In this document: one piece after another, positions 8,130 to 17,299 of the stretch
How positions within the stretch are numbered: position 1 is the stretch's first letter
Layout of the letters: each line of letters opens with the position of its first letter
IMG/VR virus record: IMGVR_UViG_3300036884_000495
Span: 53,625 to 117,624 of that record
Direction: 5' to 3' (one strand)
DNA length: 64,000 nucleotides
Source of the DNA: a virus
Notes under the pieces: generated by a model
Told to the model about the DNA's origin: nothing
Database searches by the model: none
What the model saw: the letters and a program-made list of their open reading frames with translations, nothing else
Position numbers and translations under genes: made by a program

Positions 8130-11100
8130 GTTTTTCCTTTGGCAACTTCTCCCTAGGGTCTGCATCGGGCGCAGGGCGATTAGCCGGCGGAATGACCCGC
8201 GGACGCATGCAGGGTGGCAACACTCAAGGGGTCAACTACCCCTCGCCGTTCTTCGATGTAGCGCACACGTATCTGCCGACAACCGTCAAGCAGATGTTCA
8301 AGTTCTGTCGCTACTACTTCATGACGAACCCGTTGATCAACGCGATCGTCTGCAAGCTCTCAGAGTACCCAGTCACGGACATCGTGATCGACCACGAAGA
8401 CCCCGAGGTTGTTCGCCGGTGGACGGAGTACTTCAACGAAACCATTCGCTTTCGGTCCTTTCAGATTGAGTGCGGGCTGGACTACCACGCGTACGGAACA
8501 AGTGCGGTGAGTCTGAGCTTCCCCTTTCAGAAGTACCTCACATGCACCGCGTGTGGCTTCAGCGAACAAGCGCGCAAGATTCGTGAAAACTGGATATATT
8601 CTAGCCACGAATTTCGTCTGACCTGCCCCAAGTGCGGACAGACGGGCGCGGCCACTCCGAAGGACTGGTACTACCGCGATGCCAGCGCCATCAAACCCGT
8701 ACGTTGGAACGCGGAGGATATCGAAGTTAGCTACAACGACATCACGGGTGACTGCACGTACTTCTACACGATGCCGGCCCCCGTCCGTGCAGACGTCACG
8801 CTTGGGAAGAAGGACATCGTAGAAACGATGCCCCAGATCTTCTTGCAGGCCATGCGCCAGGAGAAGGGCGTTGTCTTCAGCAAGGCGAACCTGTTCACGA
8901 TGAAGCGCCCTGGACTTGCCACGCAAGACCGCGGGTGGGGCACACCACTGATTCTGCCAGTGCTGAAGGACACCTTCTATCTGCAGATCATGAAGAAGGC
9001 CCAAGAATGCGTGGCGCCAGGGACTTTGCTGGAAACGCCAGCAGGCTTGCAGCCCGCCGGTTCTTTGGGCGTGGGGGATATTGTCCGTAGCCACACGGGC
9101 GCTTGGCGCCATATCACACAGAAGAAGCTGCGACCTATGCTGGCCGAGAACGGGGATTATGCAGTCAAGTTTTCCATCAGCGGGTTGCGGCAGCTGCCAA
9201 GTACGGTCTCAAATACGCACCCGATATACGTACTGCGCAGGAACCAAAAGAATCGCCGTATAGATACGAAGGAGCACCGGCGCTCAAGCTATATGCTGCG
9301 AAATCCCAGCCTGTACGACCTGCATTTTGTGGACGCCGGAGAGATAGAAGTAGGGCAATATGTCGGGTACCCGATCGCGCGCAGCAAGGATTGTACGGAA
9401 GTAGATCTGGCTTCGTACGCGGGCGACTTCGCGGTTACGGAGAAGTACGTATACAGCGGTGTTAGTCTGGCTACTGCTACGGCTTTCGAAAGCCTAGAGG
9501 CAGGGGAGCGCGTACTTCACAACAATGCAGGGCGTGTAGCAAAGAGGGCTATTGCGGCGGTAGATGCCCCAAAGCGCGCAGAGCGGTGGCTGGAGTTGGA
9601 TGAAGACCTGGCATACATCGCGGGCTGGTACGTGGGTGATGGGAGCATCGGTGCGCGCCGCGTGGACTTCTCTATGGGCCCTGATGACAACGGCGTCGAA
9701 CTAGAGCAAGCGATTGATCGCGTGTTTGGTTGTGTGTGCACGCATACTCCGTCTGAAACTTCTCGCGGATGGAACTTGTGCGCATCCGAAACAATCTTTT
9801 CCCAGTTCTTTTCCAACTGGATTCCTGGGGGTTCGCATGAGAAGCGAATACCGAGAGAGGTACTAGAGGCACCGAATGCCATCGTCCTTGCTTTTTTCCG
9901 TGGGTACCTAGAAGCAGACGGGTGGACGCGCGGTGATGGCAGCCGAATAGCTGCATGCCTTTGTAATGGCGGCCTCGCATATCAGCTGTGGCAGCTGTCG
10001 CTTAGTTTGCGCTGCATAGCCACCGTTTCGGAACGAGAGAGTACGGAGACAACCATCACGAACCGCAAAGGGAAGAAGATGGTGTTAAGTGCCGGGCGTC
10101 CCGTGTTCCAATTCGCGGTGAATACAGCGTCTGCCCGGCGCTTGTGCGGCCTAATGGAGGGGCGTGACGTTGACTCCATTGAAACAGGCAAGAGTGGCTT
10201 CTTTCTGGGGGACTACTTTCTAGGGAGAATCAATAGCGTTGAGTGCGTCCCCTGCTCTGAGGTCATTAGCTTCGAGGTGGAGGAGGAGCACACATTCTGT
10301 CTACCTGGCATGGCCACACACAACAGCATTTTACTCGAGCACATAGTCCCCCTGCGTATCTTGTTCCCACAAGCCGGGTCGGGGACCACAGACCCATTTA
10401 CAACGATCAACCTCTTGGACTGGCGTGATCAGGTGGCGATGGAGATCGCACGCTGGCGCATGGATTGCGTCACACCGGATTCCTTGGTGGAGAGCGCGAA
10501 GGGTATCGTGCGTGCTGACGACGTGTGCGTAGGGGATCAACTACGCAACCATCTTGGGCAGCTATCCACTGTTGAAAAGGTTTGGCGGCGCCCTCTTCGT
10601 GAGGGTGAGCGTGCATACCAAGTCGTTGTTCGGGGATTGTACGGAGCTGTTTCTACGGTGTCTGAGGGCCACCCGTTTATGGCGCGGCGAAAGTACAACA
10701 ACGGCAATGGCCATAAGCTAGGCGATACCACGGAGTTTATTCGCGCAAAGAACCTGCGCGTGGGCGACTACGTTGGGTATCCGATTCCGGAGTTCCCGGA
10801 TCACGATAAGACGCACTTGGATCTGGCAGGGTTTGTGACGAACGCAGCGACCGAGAAGTGGGTTTACTACGACCACCAGGAGACTGCCGTTCCAGATGCC
10901 TTTGAGTACTTAGAGAACTGCGGCTCTCCAGAGAAGAGGCAACCTCTATTGGAGGAAAAGGGTTGGTCTATCAATCAGTACAAAACCGCGCAGATGGCTA
11001 TTCGAGGCGGGCGTACGCCTAGCCGCATCCCGCGCCACGTGCCCTTCGACGAGGAGTTGTGCTGGGTGCTCGGTCTGTACCTGGCCGAGGGCAACACAAC

Positions 11101-14100
11101 GCCGAAGCAGGTATTGTTCGCGTTGCACGCGAAGGAGACTGCGTATATCGACCGTTTGAATGTCTTCTTCAAGAAGAACTTTGATGCCACAGGCTTTACA
11201 GCCGAAAAGAGTGCAGAGGGAATACAGCACGTGTACTCCAGCACGCTGGCCGCGCAGTTCTTTCATGCGCTATGTGCTGGTGTATCTACCACGAAGAGGG
11301 TTCATAACCTTTTGAAGTATGCGGGCGAAGACCGCGTAAGGGCGCTGCTTCGTGGGTACTTCGATGGGGATGGCTGTTACCACGAGAAGGGCGACACCAT
11401 ACATAGGGATGTAACTACAGCAAGTAGGCAACTAGCCGCCGATGTACGCGAGTTGCTCTTAGCGTACGGCATGATCTCCTCGCTAACGTACATAGCGCCA
11501 GCCTCCTACAATATTTGCGGTAGGCTAGGAATGGCACACGGCGCCTACAAGATACAGCTAGGCAGTGATGCTGCTCACCACTTTGACGCGTGGTTAGCGC
11601 ATACAGGTCTCCCCAGCACAGCGCGCTGCACTCTTGGCGTGTTTGCGGACCGATGCTTCTGGCACCGCATAGACGAGATCCGTGAGGTAGAAGCAGCCGA
11701 AGTGATTGGCTTCCAAATGGATCATGCCGCCGTTGTACGTCTGGATGATGATACCGAGGCACACGGTACCTTCTGCTTGTGGGGTAGCGCGTCCTGTAAC
11801 ACAAACTATATTCCGATTCTACCCCTACCCATTGGCAACCAAACCATTGGAGGCGATGGCAAGGCGCTTCTGATGTCCCAAGAGATGCAGATGCAGGGAG
11901 AACAGATCATCATGGGCATGGGGGTTCCGAGGGAATTTTTGCAGGGAGGGATGTGTCTCACAACGGATTCGCTCCTGTGTACCAGCAGTGGGCTTCTTCG
12001 CCTGGACGAGCTCGTTGGTGACATTCGCAAAGGGCAGGTAACCGCAGTACAGACGCATGCTGGCGTACATACCGCGAGTCAGGGGCACGACGTCGGCAAG
12101 AAGAAGGTTTGGCGTGTGACTACGCGAAGTGGCTTAGAGCTCACAGGGGCGGGCACGCATCCGTTGTATGTGCTCAATGCCGATGTATCTGCCGACTTCA
12201 CGCAAATCGAGCAGATAAGCGCGGGTGCACATGTTGGTGTAAAAGTAGGGGCAGAGTTGTGGCCGACAGAAGCCCCGCAACTTCAAGTCTCCCCTGAACG
12301 GATCGGGGGGCGATACGCCAACGTAACGCTGGATACTGTTACGGTTCCCAGTGTATTGACGGCGGAATTGGCCAGACTGCTTGGGTACCTTGTTGCAGAA
12401 GGATCTTGCGTAGAAGATCACCGTATCTCCTTCTCCATCACGGACAAAGATACGGCGGAAGACTTTGCACACTGCCTGTTCTCCGTCTTCGGTATCCGTC
12501 CCGCGGTTGCTGCGGTTTCCTATGCACGCCCCGCCGACGGGAAGCAGATGGTCAAGTACGCCACAGAGGTCGGACGGCAAACCGTGGTGGAGTTGCTGCA
12601 GAAACTAGGTCTAAAGCATTACTCGCAGGATAAGGTAGTACCTACCGTGGTTCGGCACGCGCCGCGCGCGCTTGTTATCGAGTTCTTGCGCGCATACTTT
12701 GATGGTGATGGCGGAGGGGGCACATACGACGGCAGGTCTGTCGTAACAGCTACTTCCACGTCTTGGCGCTTGCTGCAGGAAGTGCAACTTCTGCTACTGA
12801 ATTTAGGTATCGTATCCACTAGATACCCCGCCTATGCGGGGAAGTCCGCGGCTACTCTGCACGTGCGCGCGGAGTTTGCACAAAGGTTTGCCACTGTTGT
12901 TGGTTTCGTTTCCGCACGAAAGCAGGCGCTTACGCTTGACTACAACGAAAGTGCGGTGGTATCCCCGGACAAATTGCCGGGGTTGCGAGAAGCGCTACTT
13001 CGTGCGCGAGAACGACACGTACACGGCTTTGGCAGTTGGAAGTTTGAACCCGTCGATTTGGTACTAGACAAGCACGAGTATACAACCGAAGAAATAGCTG
13101 CCCTTGTGGGCAGAGACTCTTCGACGGTCCGCATCTACATACGCACCGGCAAGATAGCCGCGGAATTGCGTACGGGCGCCTCCGGGCGCTTCTCCTATCA
13201 CGTGGTTTCGCGGGCCGAGCTTCAGCGCTTCTTAGCAGAACATGGCTTAGGGAAGCGAAGATCATTTCGTGTGCACCAATATGCGTACACATACGATCGC
13301 GTACAGAAGATGGACTTGGCAGCGGTACAGCAACTAGAGCCGGCACTACACCAGAACCTGCTAGACAGGGTACAGGAGCACTTCTTCTGGGATGAGGTAG
13401 TTACGGTAGAAGAGCTGGAGCTAGAAGAGTGTATGCAAGATATTGGTGTCGAGGACGTGCACTCGTACCAAGCTGGCGGCATCCTTTGTCACAATTCCTA
13501 TGCGGGAACAAATGTCTCTATGCGTATGCTGGAGAACCAGTTCCTGTCATTCATCGGACGCCAGAAGCAGATGGCGAACTGGGTCATGAACATGGTGGCG
13601 CAGTTCATGGGGTGGCCGAAGGTGAACGTGCGCTTCAAGCCGTTCAAGATGGCCGACGATATGCAGCGCAAGTCGTACTTGTTCCAGCTGAATCAAGGCA
13701 ACAAGATCTCCGATACGACGCTCCTTGCCGATGCCGACTTGGACATCGAGGAGGAGAACGACATCATGTTGCAGGAGGCGTCTCGTCGCCTGGCGGCTGT
13801 CAAGAAACAGCAGCTCGCGATGGCGGAAATCCAAGGCGAGAGCCAAGTCATCATGATGAAGATGCAGGCGCAGGCGCAACAAGCAATGCAGGCCGCGCAG
13901 ACGCAGCCTTCTGCGCCTGGCGAGCCGGGTGTGCCGCAGAACGGCCCCATGAGCCCTGATCAGGTGGGGCAACTCGCGCAGCAGTCCAGACAGGCGCAGG
14001 AGACACCGATGCCTATGCCCCCGGTGCTACCCACGCCGCCCACAGATACCGAGGGTGCCGGTTCCTCTGTGCCCGCGCAGGCGCAAAGCCCGTTGAACAG

Positions 14101-14410
14101 GGGTCAGGACCTTGGTACCGCCCCCGGTGGCGAGCAGATGCCCGTAGACATCATCCAGCTCGCAGACGCGTACGCCAAACAGATCGCACAACTCGACCCC
14201 GACATGCAGGAGTCTGCGCTCAATGCGCTCGCAGCACAGAGCCAAGACCTGGCAGACCTTGTCCAGGAGTTCATGGCCAAACAGCAAGGGCAGGCTGAAG
14301 TAGCCGCCCCCATGTTCGGAGGCGCCACTGGCGGGCCGGCAACGGGCGGTATTGACCAGCGCCCACTACCAGAGAAGCTACCCCCAAGAAGGGCACAGGC
14401 ACTTGTATGA
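8126..14410 (+). CDS. Portal protein precursor with three inteins (about 696 aa after splicing)
   Basis: Extein has portal-like segments (YYFMTNPLINAIVCKLSEYP, GWGTPLILPVLK, IIMGMGVPREFLQGG, VRFKPFKMADD), a CTAC/CPKC Zn ribbon and a Q/P-rich tail; position in the morphogenesis cluster. Confidence 0.75.
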   Translation: MSFSFGNFSLGSASGAGRLAGGMTRGRMQGGNTQGVNYPSPFFDVAHTYLPTTVKQMFKFCRYYFMTNPLINAIVCKLSEYPVTDIVIDHEDPEVVRRWTEYFNETIRFRSFQIECGLDYHAYGTSAVSLSFPFQKYLTCTACGFSEQARKIRENWIYSSHEFRLTCPKCGQTGAATPKDWYYRDASAIKPVRWNAEDIEVSYNDITGDCTYFYTMPAPVRADVTLGKKDIVETMPQIFLQAMRQEKGVVFSKANLFTMKRPGLATQDRGWGTPLILPVLKDTFYLQIMKKAQECVAPGTLLETPAGLQPAGSLGVGDIVRSHTGAWRHITQKKLRPMLAENGDYAVKFSISGLRQLPSTVSNTHPIYVLRRNQKNRRIDTKEHRRSSYMLRNPSLYDLHFVDAGEIEVGQYVGYPIARSKDCTEVDLASYAGDFAVTEKYVYSGVSLATATAFESLEAGERVLHNNAGRVAKRAIAAVDAPKRAERWLELDEDLAYIAGWYVGDGSIGARRVDFSMGPDDNGVELEQAIDRVFGCVCTHTPSETSRGWNLCASETIFSQFFSNWIPGGSHEKRIPREVLEAPNAIVLAFFRGYLEADGWTRGDGSRIAACLCNGGLAYQLWQLSLSLRCIATVSERESTETTITNRKGKKMVLSAGRPVFQFAVNTASARRLCGLMEGRDVDSIETGKSGFFLGDYFLGRINSVECVPCSEVISFEVEEEHTFCLPGMATHNSILLEHIVPLRILFPQAGSGTTDPFTTINLLDWRDQVAMEIARWRMDCVTPDSLVESAKGIVRADDVCVGDQLRNHLGQLSTVEKVWRRPLREGERAYQVVVRGLYGAVSTVSEGHPFMARRKYNNGNGHKLGDTTEFIRAKNLRVGDYVGYPIPEFPDHDKTHLDLAGFVTNAATEKWVYYDHQETAVPDAFEYLENCGSPEKRQPLLEEKGWSINQYKTAQMAIRGGRTPSRIPRHVPFDEELCWVLGLYLAEGNTTPKQVLFALHAKETAYIDRLNVFFKKNFDATGFTAEKSAEGIQHVYSSTLAAQFFHALCAGVSTTKRVHNLLKYAGEDRVRALLRGYFDGDGCYHEKGDTIHRDVTTASRQLAADVRELLLAYGMISSLTYIAPASYNICGRLGMAHGAYKIQLGSDAAHHFDAWLAHTGLPSTARCTLGVFADRCFWHRIDEIREVEAAEVIGFQMDHAAVVRLDDDTEAHGTFCLWGSASCNTNYIPILPLPIGNQTIGGDGKALLMSQEMQMQGEQIIMGMGVPREFLQGGMCLTTDSLLCTSSGLLRLDELVGDIRKGQVTAVQTHAGVHTASQGHDVGKKKVWRVTTRSGLELTGAGTHPLYVLNADVSADFTQIEQISAGAHVGVKVGAELWPTEAPQLQVSPERIGGRYANVTLDTVTVPSVLTAELARLLGYLVAEGSCVEDHRISFSITDKDTAEDFAHCLFSVFGIRPAVAAVSYARPADGKQMVKYATEVGRQTVVELLQKLGLKHYSQDKVVPTVVRHAPRALVIEFLRAYFDGDGGGGTYDGRSVVTATSTSWRLLQEVQLLLLNLGIVSTRYPAYAGKSAATLHVRAEFAQRFATVVGFVSARKQALTLDYNESAVVSPDKLPGLREALLRARERHVHGFGSWKFEPVDLVLDKHEYTTEEIAALVGRDSSTVRIYIRTGKIAAELRTGASGRFSYHVVSRAELQRFLAEHGLGKRRSFRVHQYAYTYDRVQKMDLAAVQQLEPALHQNLLDRVQEHFFWDEVVTVEELELEECMQDIGVEDVHSYQAGGILCHNSYAGTNVSMRMLENQFLSFIGRQKQMANWVMNMVAQFMGWPKVNVRFKPFKMADDMQRKSYLFQLNQGNKISDTTLLADADLDIEEENDIMLQEASRRLAAVKKQQLAMAEIQGESQVIMMKMQAQAQQAMQAAQTQPSAPGEPGVPQNGPMSPDQVGQLAQQSRQAQETPMPMPPVLPTPPTDTEGAGSSVPAQAQSPLNRGQDLGTAPGGEQMPVDIIQLADAYAKQIAQLDPDMQESALNALAAQSQDLADLVQEFMAKQQGQAEVAAPMFGGATGGPATGGIDQRPLPEKLPPRRAQALV
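9008..10324 (+). mobile_element. Intein 1 of portal, with LAGLIDADG homing endonuclease (439 aa)
   Basis: Begins CVAPGT, NTHP block B, AGWYVGDG and RGYLEADG motifs, ends THN followed by S. Confidence 0.92.
10466..11800 (+). mobile_element. Intein 2 of portal, with LAGLIDADG homing endonuclease (445 aa)
   Basis: Begins CVTPDS, SEGHP, LGLYLAEG and RGYFDGDG, ends SCN followed by T. Confidence 0.88.
11954..13495 (+). mobile_element. Intein 3 of portal, LAGLIDADG endonuclease plus HTH insertion (514 aa)
   Basis: Begins CLTTDS, GTHP, LGYLVAEG and RAYFDGDG, ends CHN followed by S. Confidence 0.92.
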
Positions 14411-14450
14411 ACTCGCTCAAGAAGGGCACAGGCACTTGTATGAACTCGCT
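14385..14450 (+). repeat. Perfect 33-bp tandem duplication across the portal stop / helicase start
   Basis: CAAGAAGGGCACAGGCACTTGTATGAACTCGCT at 14385-14417 and 14418-14450. Confidence 0.95.
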
Positions 14451-15924
14451 GATGTCGGCCGCCTTTGTAGATGAATTGGTGAAGATCAGCGGCGTCACAA
14501 CAGAGTTGCAGCCGCATCAGCAACGCGTGGTTGACCGAATACTTCGCCCGGACCAACCTGGCCTGTTAGTGGCGCACGGTCTTGGCTCAGGTAAGACCCT
14601 CACATCGATAGCGGCCCAGGACGCGTTGGGAATGGGCGCGAACGTAGTTCTTCCGGCAGCCCTCCAAGCGAACTACGAGAAGGAGCGCACGAAGCATCTG
14701 GCGTCAGGAACTGCGCAGCCTATCGACATCTCCTCGTTGCAAGCGCTTGCGCGGAAGGGAGGACTTCCCACCGACCATCCGATGACTATTGTAGACGAAG
14801 CGCACAGGGCGCGCGAGGTTGGGAGCAGCACGTTCCAGAACCTACGCGACTCTCTATCGGATACGCAAAAGCGGATGCTCCTAACGGCGAGTCCCTTCTA
14901 TAACCGCCCCAGTGACATCGCGCCCCTCATCAACATGGCCGCAGGGGAGAACGTTCTTCCCAACGATCCTAGCGAGTTCAAGCGCCGGTACATCGCCGAG
15001 AAGGCAGTGCAGCCAACTATGTGGGGCTCGCTGGTTCACGGCGCGAAGCCGGGCGTCGAAGAGATCGTGAACCCGAAGCGGGAAGGGGAGCTGCGAAGCA
15101 CTTTCGGCAAGTGGGTGGATTACCACCCGGGCAGCACGCAAGGGTTTCCGACGGTGGAGCGCTCGGATGTCAACGTCCCCATGACCCCCGAGCAGTTGAC
15201 GGTATACGACGCGATGATGGGAAAGGCGCCGGCGTGGGCCCAGTACAAGGTGAAGCAAGGCCTACCCCCAAGTAAGCAGGAGTCAAAGGATCTCAATGCG
15301 TTTATCAATGCGGTTCGGCAGGTCTCGAATACTACGCGCGGTTTTGCACCGGATCAGGCGCCACAGGAACCAAAGATTGAGAAAGCATTCCAGAACCTTC
15401 AGAGCACGCTGAAGGACAACCCAGAAGCCCGCGCGGTGGTGTACTCGAACTACCTAGAGGGCGGCCTAGACCCGTACAAGGAGCGCTTGCAAGCCGCGGG
15501 CGTCCCCTACGGCATGTTCACAGGGTCGCAGCCCAAAGCCGAACGAGACGCGATGGTGAACGACTACAACGCGGGTAAGCTGCGTGCGCTCCTCCTTTCC
15601 TCGGCAGGTGGCGAGGGATTAGACCTGAAGGGAACGCGCCTAATCCAGGTACTCGACCCGCACTGGAACAACGAGAAGCTGCGCCAGGTAGAGGGGCGCG
15701 GAATTCGCTACGGCAGCCACGCGGACCTCCCCGAGGACCAACGCAACGTACGCGTAGAGAACTACTTGGCGACGCGCCCAGAGCGCACTGGGCTGAGTAG
15801 GATGCTTCTAGGCAAGGACACCGGTGGCAGCGCCGACCAGTACCTACGTACGATGAGCGGAAAGAAGGACGCCTTGATTGACAAGATGAAGGCGCTTCTT
15901 CCAAATCAGCCTCCGGCAAAGTGA
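14407..15924 (+). CDS. SNF2-like superfamily 2 helicase/ATPase with AFxDELxKI leader
   Basis: LQPHQ, HGLGSGKT, VDEAH, LTASP, SSAGGEGLDL, QVEGRGIR; alternative starts at 14440 and 14452. Confidence 0.88.
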   Translation: MNSLKKGTGTCMNSLMSAAFVDELVKISGVTTELQPHQQRVVDRILRPDQPGLLVAHGLGSGKTLTSIAAQDALGMGANVVLPAALQANYEKERTKHLASGTAQPIDISSLQALARKGGLPTDHPMTIVDEAHRAREVGSSTFQNLRDSLSDTQKRMLLTASPFYNRPSDIAPLINMAAGENVLPNDPSEFKRRYIAEKAVQPTMWGSLVHGAKPGVEEIVNPKREGELRSTFGKWVDYHPGSTQGFPTVERSDVNVPMTPEQLTVYDAMMGKAPAWAQYKVKQGLPPSKQESKDLNAFINAVRQVSNTTRGFAPDQAPQEPKIEKAFQNLQSTLKDNPEARAVVYSNYLEGGLDPYKERLQAAGVPYGMFTGSQPKAERDAMVNDYNAGKLRALLLSSAGGEGLDLKGTRLIQVLDPHWNNEKLRQVEGRGIRYGSHADLPEDQRNVRVENYLATRPERTGLSRMLLGKDTGGSADQYLRTMSGKKDALIDKMKALLPNQPPAK

Positions 15925-15929
15925 TGGCT

Positions 15930-15956
15930 AAAAAAGAAGGGGGCAGCCCCTTCTTT
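15930..15956 (-). terminator. Intrinsic terminator between convergent genes (possibly bidirectional)
   Basis: Stem AAAGAAGGGG / CCCCTTCTTT with 4-nt loop; the A6 run gives a U-tract on the minus strand. Confidence 0.75.
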
Positions 15957-15958
15957 CG

Positions 15959-17299
15959 CTACAACGGCGGTAGTAGCGCCTGGTTTTGATCGCACACGAC
16001 AACCTGCCCCCAGTGTGCTGGTTTGCGCGCATGGGATGTTCGCACGATGCACCAGACTGTTTCGAAGCCCTTGGGGGCCTTTGCCGGCGCGGGTCCGTCG
16101 CCGTCTGTGAAGACGACGACAAGGTTCGTACGTGGCAGCTTCTTCTGCACGTACTCGAAGGCGGGGATGAAGTTGGTACCACCCCGTCCGCTGTACTCGA
16201 TGTGTGGCAGGTTCCGAAGGCGTACGCGTTGTACGTGGGCAACCTGTGTATCGCTCTGTATCAGCGTCACTTCGTCGATGCCAAGCTTCTGCATCAACTG
16301 GTAGGTCTCCCCGCGTGCTTGTACGAGCTGCGGCTTGTCCATCGAGGCTGACGTGTCCTCGATGACGACAACCTCGAGTCGTGTGTCTATCAACCCAGGG
16401 CCGATGTAGCCCACAAGTTGCGAGCTGACGCTCGGATTGCGCATGGAGTAGTCGGAAGCTCCGGCTACGATATGCATGGAGCGCTGGAAGATGTGTCGCG
16501 CGACCTTGCGCCAGTTCACCTCTGGCTTCTTGTACCGGTCTTTGATCATCTCCTTGAAGCGCCCGGGCATGTCGCCGCGTGACGGTGAGGCGGCAGCCGC
16601 CTCAATAGCATCCAGCGTCTGCCTGCGGGCGCTTTCTACTTCTGCCTGAGACTTGCCGTAGGCGGCGTCTAGTTCTTGTTCGAGGGTCTCGTCGACGGCC
16701 GCACCGCCAATAGAGCCGCAGGCACCCGAACCTATTTTGGGTTCCCACTTCCCGCCTTGCGCGGAACCCTTCTTTTCTTTGTTCGACCCACTCCCGGACT
16801 TGCCCGGTTGCTGGGTGTTGTTCATCACATCCTGTAGGGTCTTCTGCTGATCGTTCTGTTGCTGTTGGAGTAGCGCGTAGTACTGCTCCAGGGTAAGCGC
16901 GCCGGGGTGCCCAAGCGCTTCTGGGTAGACCACCCAAGAAGGGAGGAACCACTTCTCATCGCGTAGGTTCCAGTTGATCGCCTCGTCGCCAGCAACGTTG
17001 GCGCGCTGCTTGTCTGCTAGGACCTCAAGACGGTCTATGCCGCGTAGCGGGTGTTCGCATTCGTGTACGAGGCAGGAACCGATAGCTTCATCGGTTTGCA
17101 TCTCGGGGTCGTTGAGCAGCCACTCGCCGTTCACGTACAGGACAAGGCCCCGTGTGACGCCCATCGTGGTCTTTGGGGCGTCTACGATTTCGACGGTCAT
17201 CTCCAGCAGGGTGCTGCTGTAGTAATCCGCACGCCATAGGACGTATGCACGCCCCATGGAAAGGCGCGCCAGCGCGCGCCTGACAATGTCGCGACTCAC
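15959..17299 (-). CDS. VWA-like domain protein with N-terminal putative metallopeptidase (DUF2201-like)
   Basis: HECEH (HExxH), D-x-x-I-N, MIDAS-type DTSAS, GGT and TDG; directly downstream of a MoxR-type ATPase. Confidence 0.85.
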   Translation of the reverse strand: MSRDIVRRALARLSMGRAYVLWRADYYSSTLLEMTVEIVDAPKTTMGVTRGLVLYVNGEWLLNDPEMQTDEAIGSCLVHECEHPLRGIDRLEVLADKQRANVAGDEAINWNLRDEKWFLPSWVVYPEALGHPGALTLEQYYALLQQQQNDQQKTLQDVMNNTQQPGKSGSGSNKEKKGSAQGGKWEPKIGSGACGSIGGAAVDETLEQELDAAYGKSQAEVESARRQTLDAIEAAAASPSRGDMPGRFKEMIKDRYKKPEVNWRKVARHIFQRSMHIVAGASDYSMRNPSVSSQLVGYIGPGLIDTRLEVVVIEDTSASMDKPQLVQARGETYQLMQKLGIDEVTLIQSDTQVAHVQRVRLRNLPHIEYSGRGGTNFIPAFEYVQKKLPRTNLVVVFTDGDGPAPAKAPKGFETVWCIVRTSHARKPAHWGQVVVCDQNQALLPPL

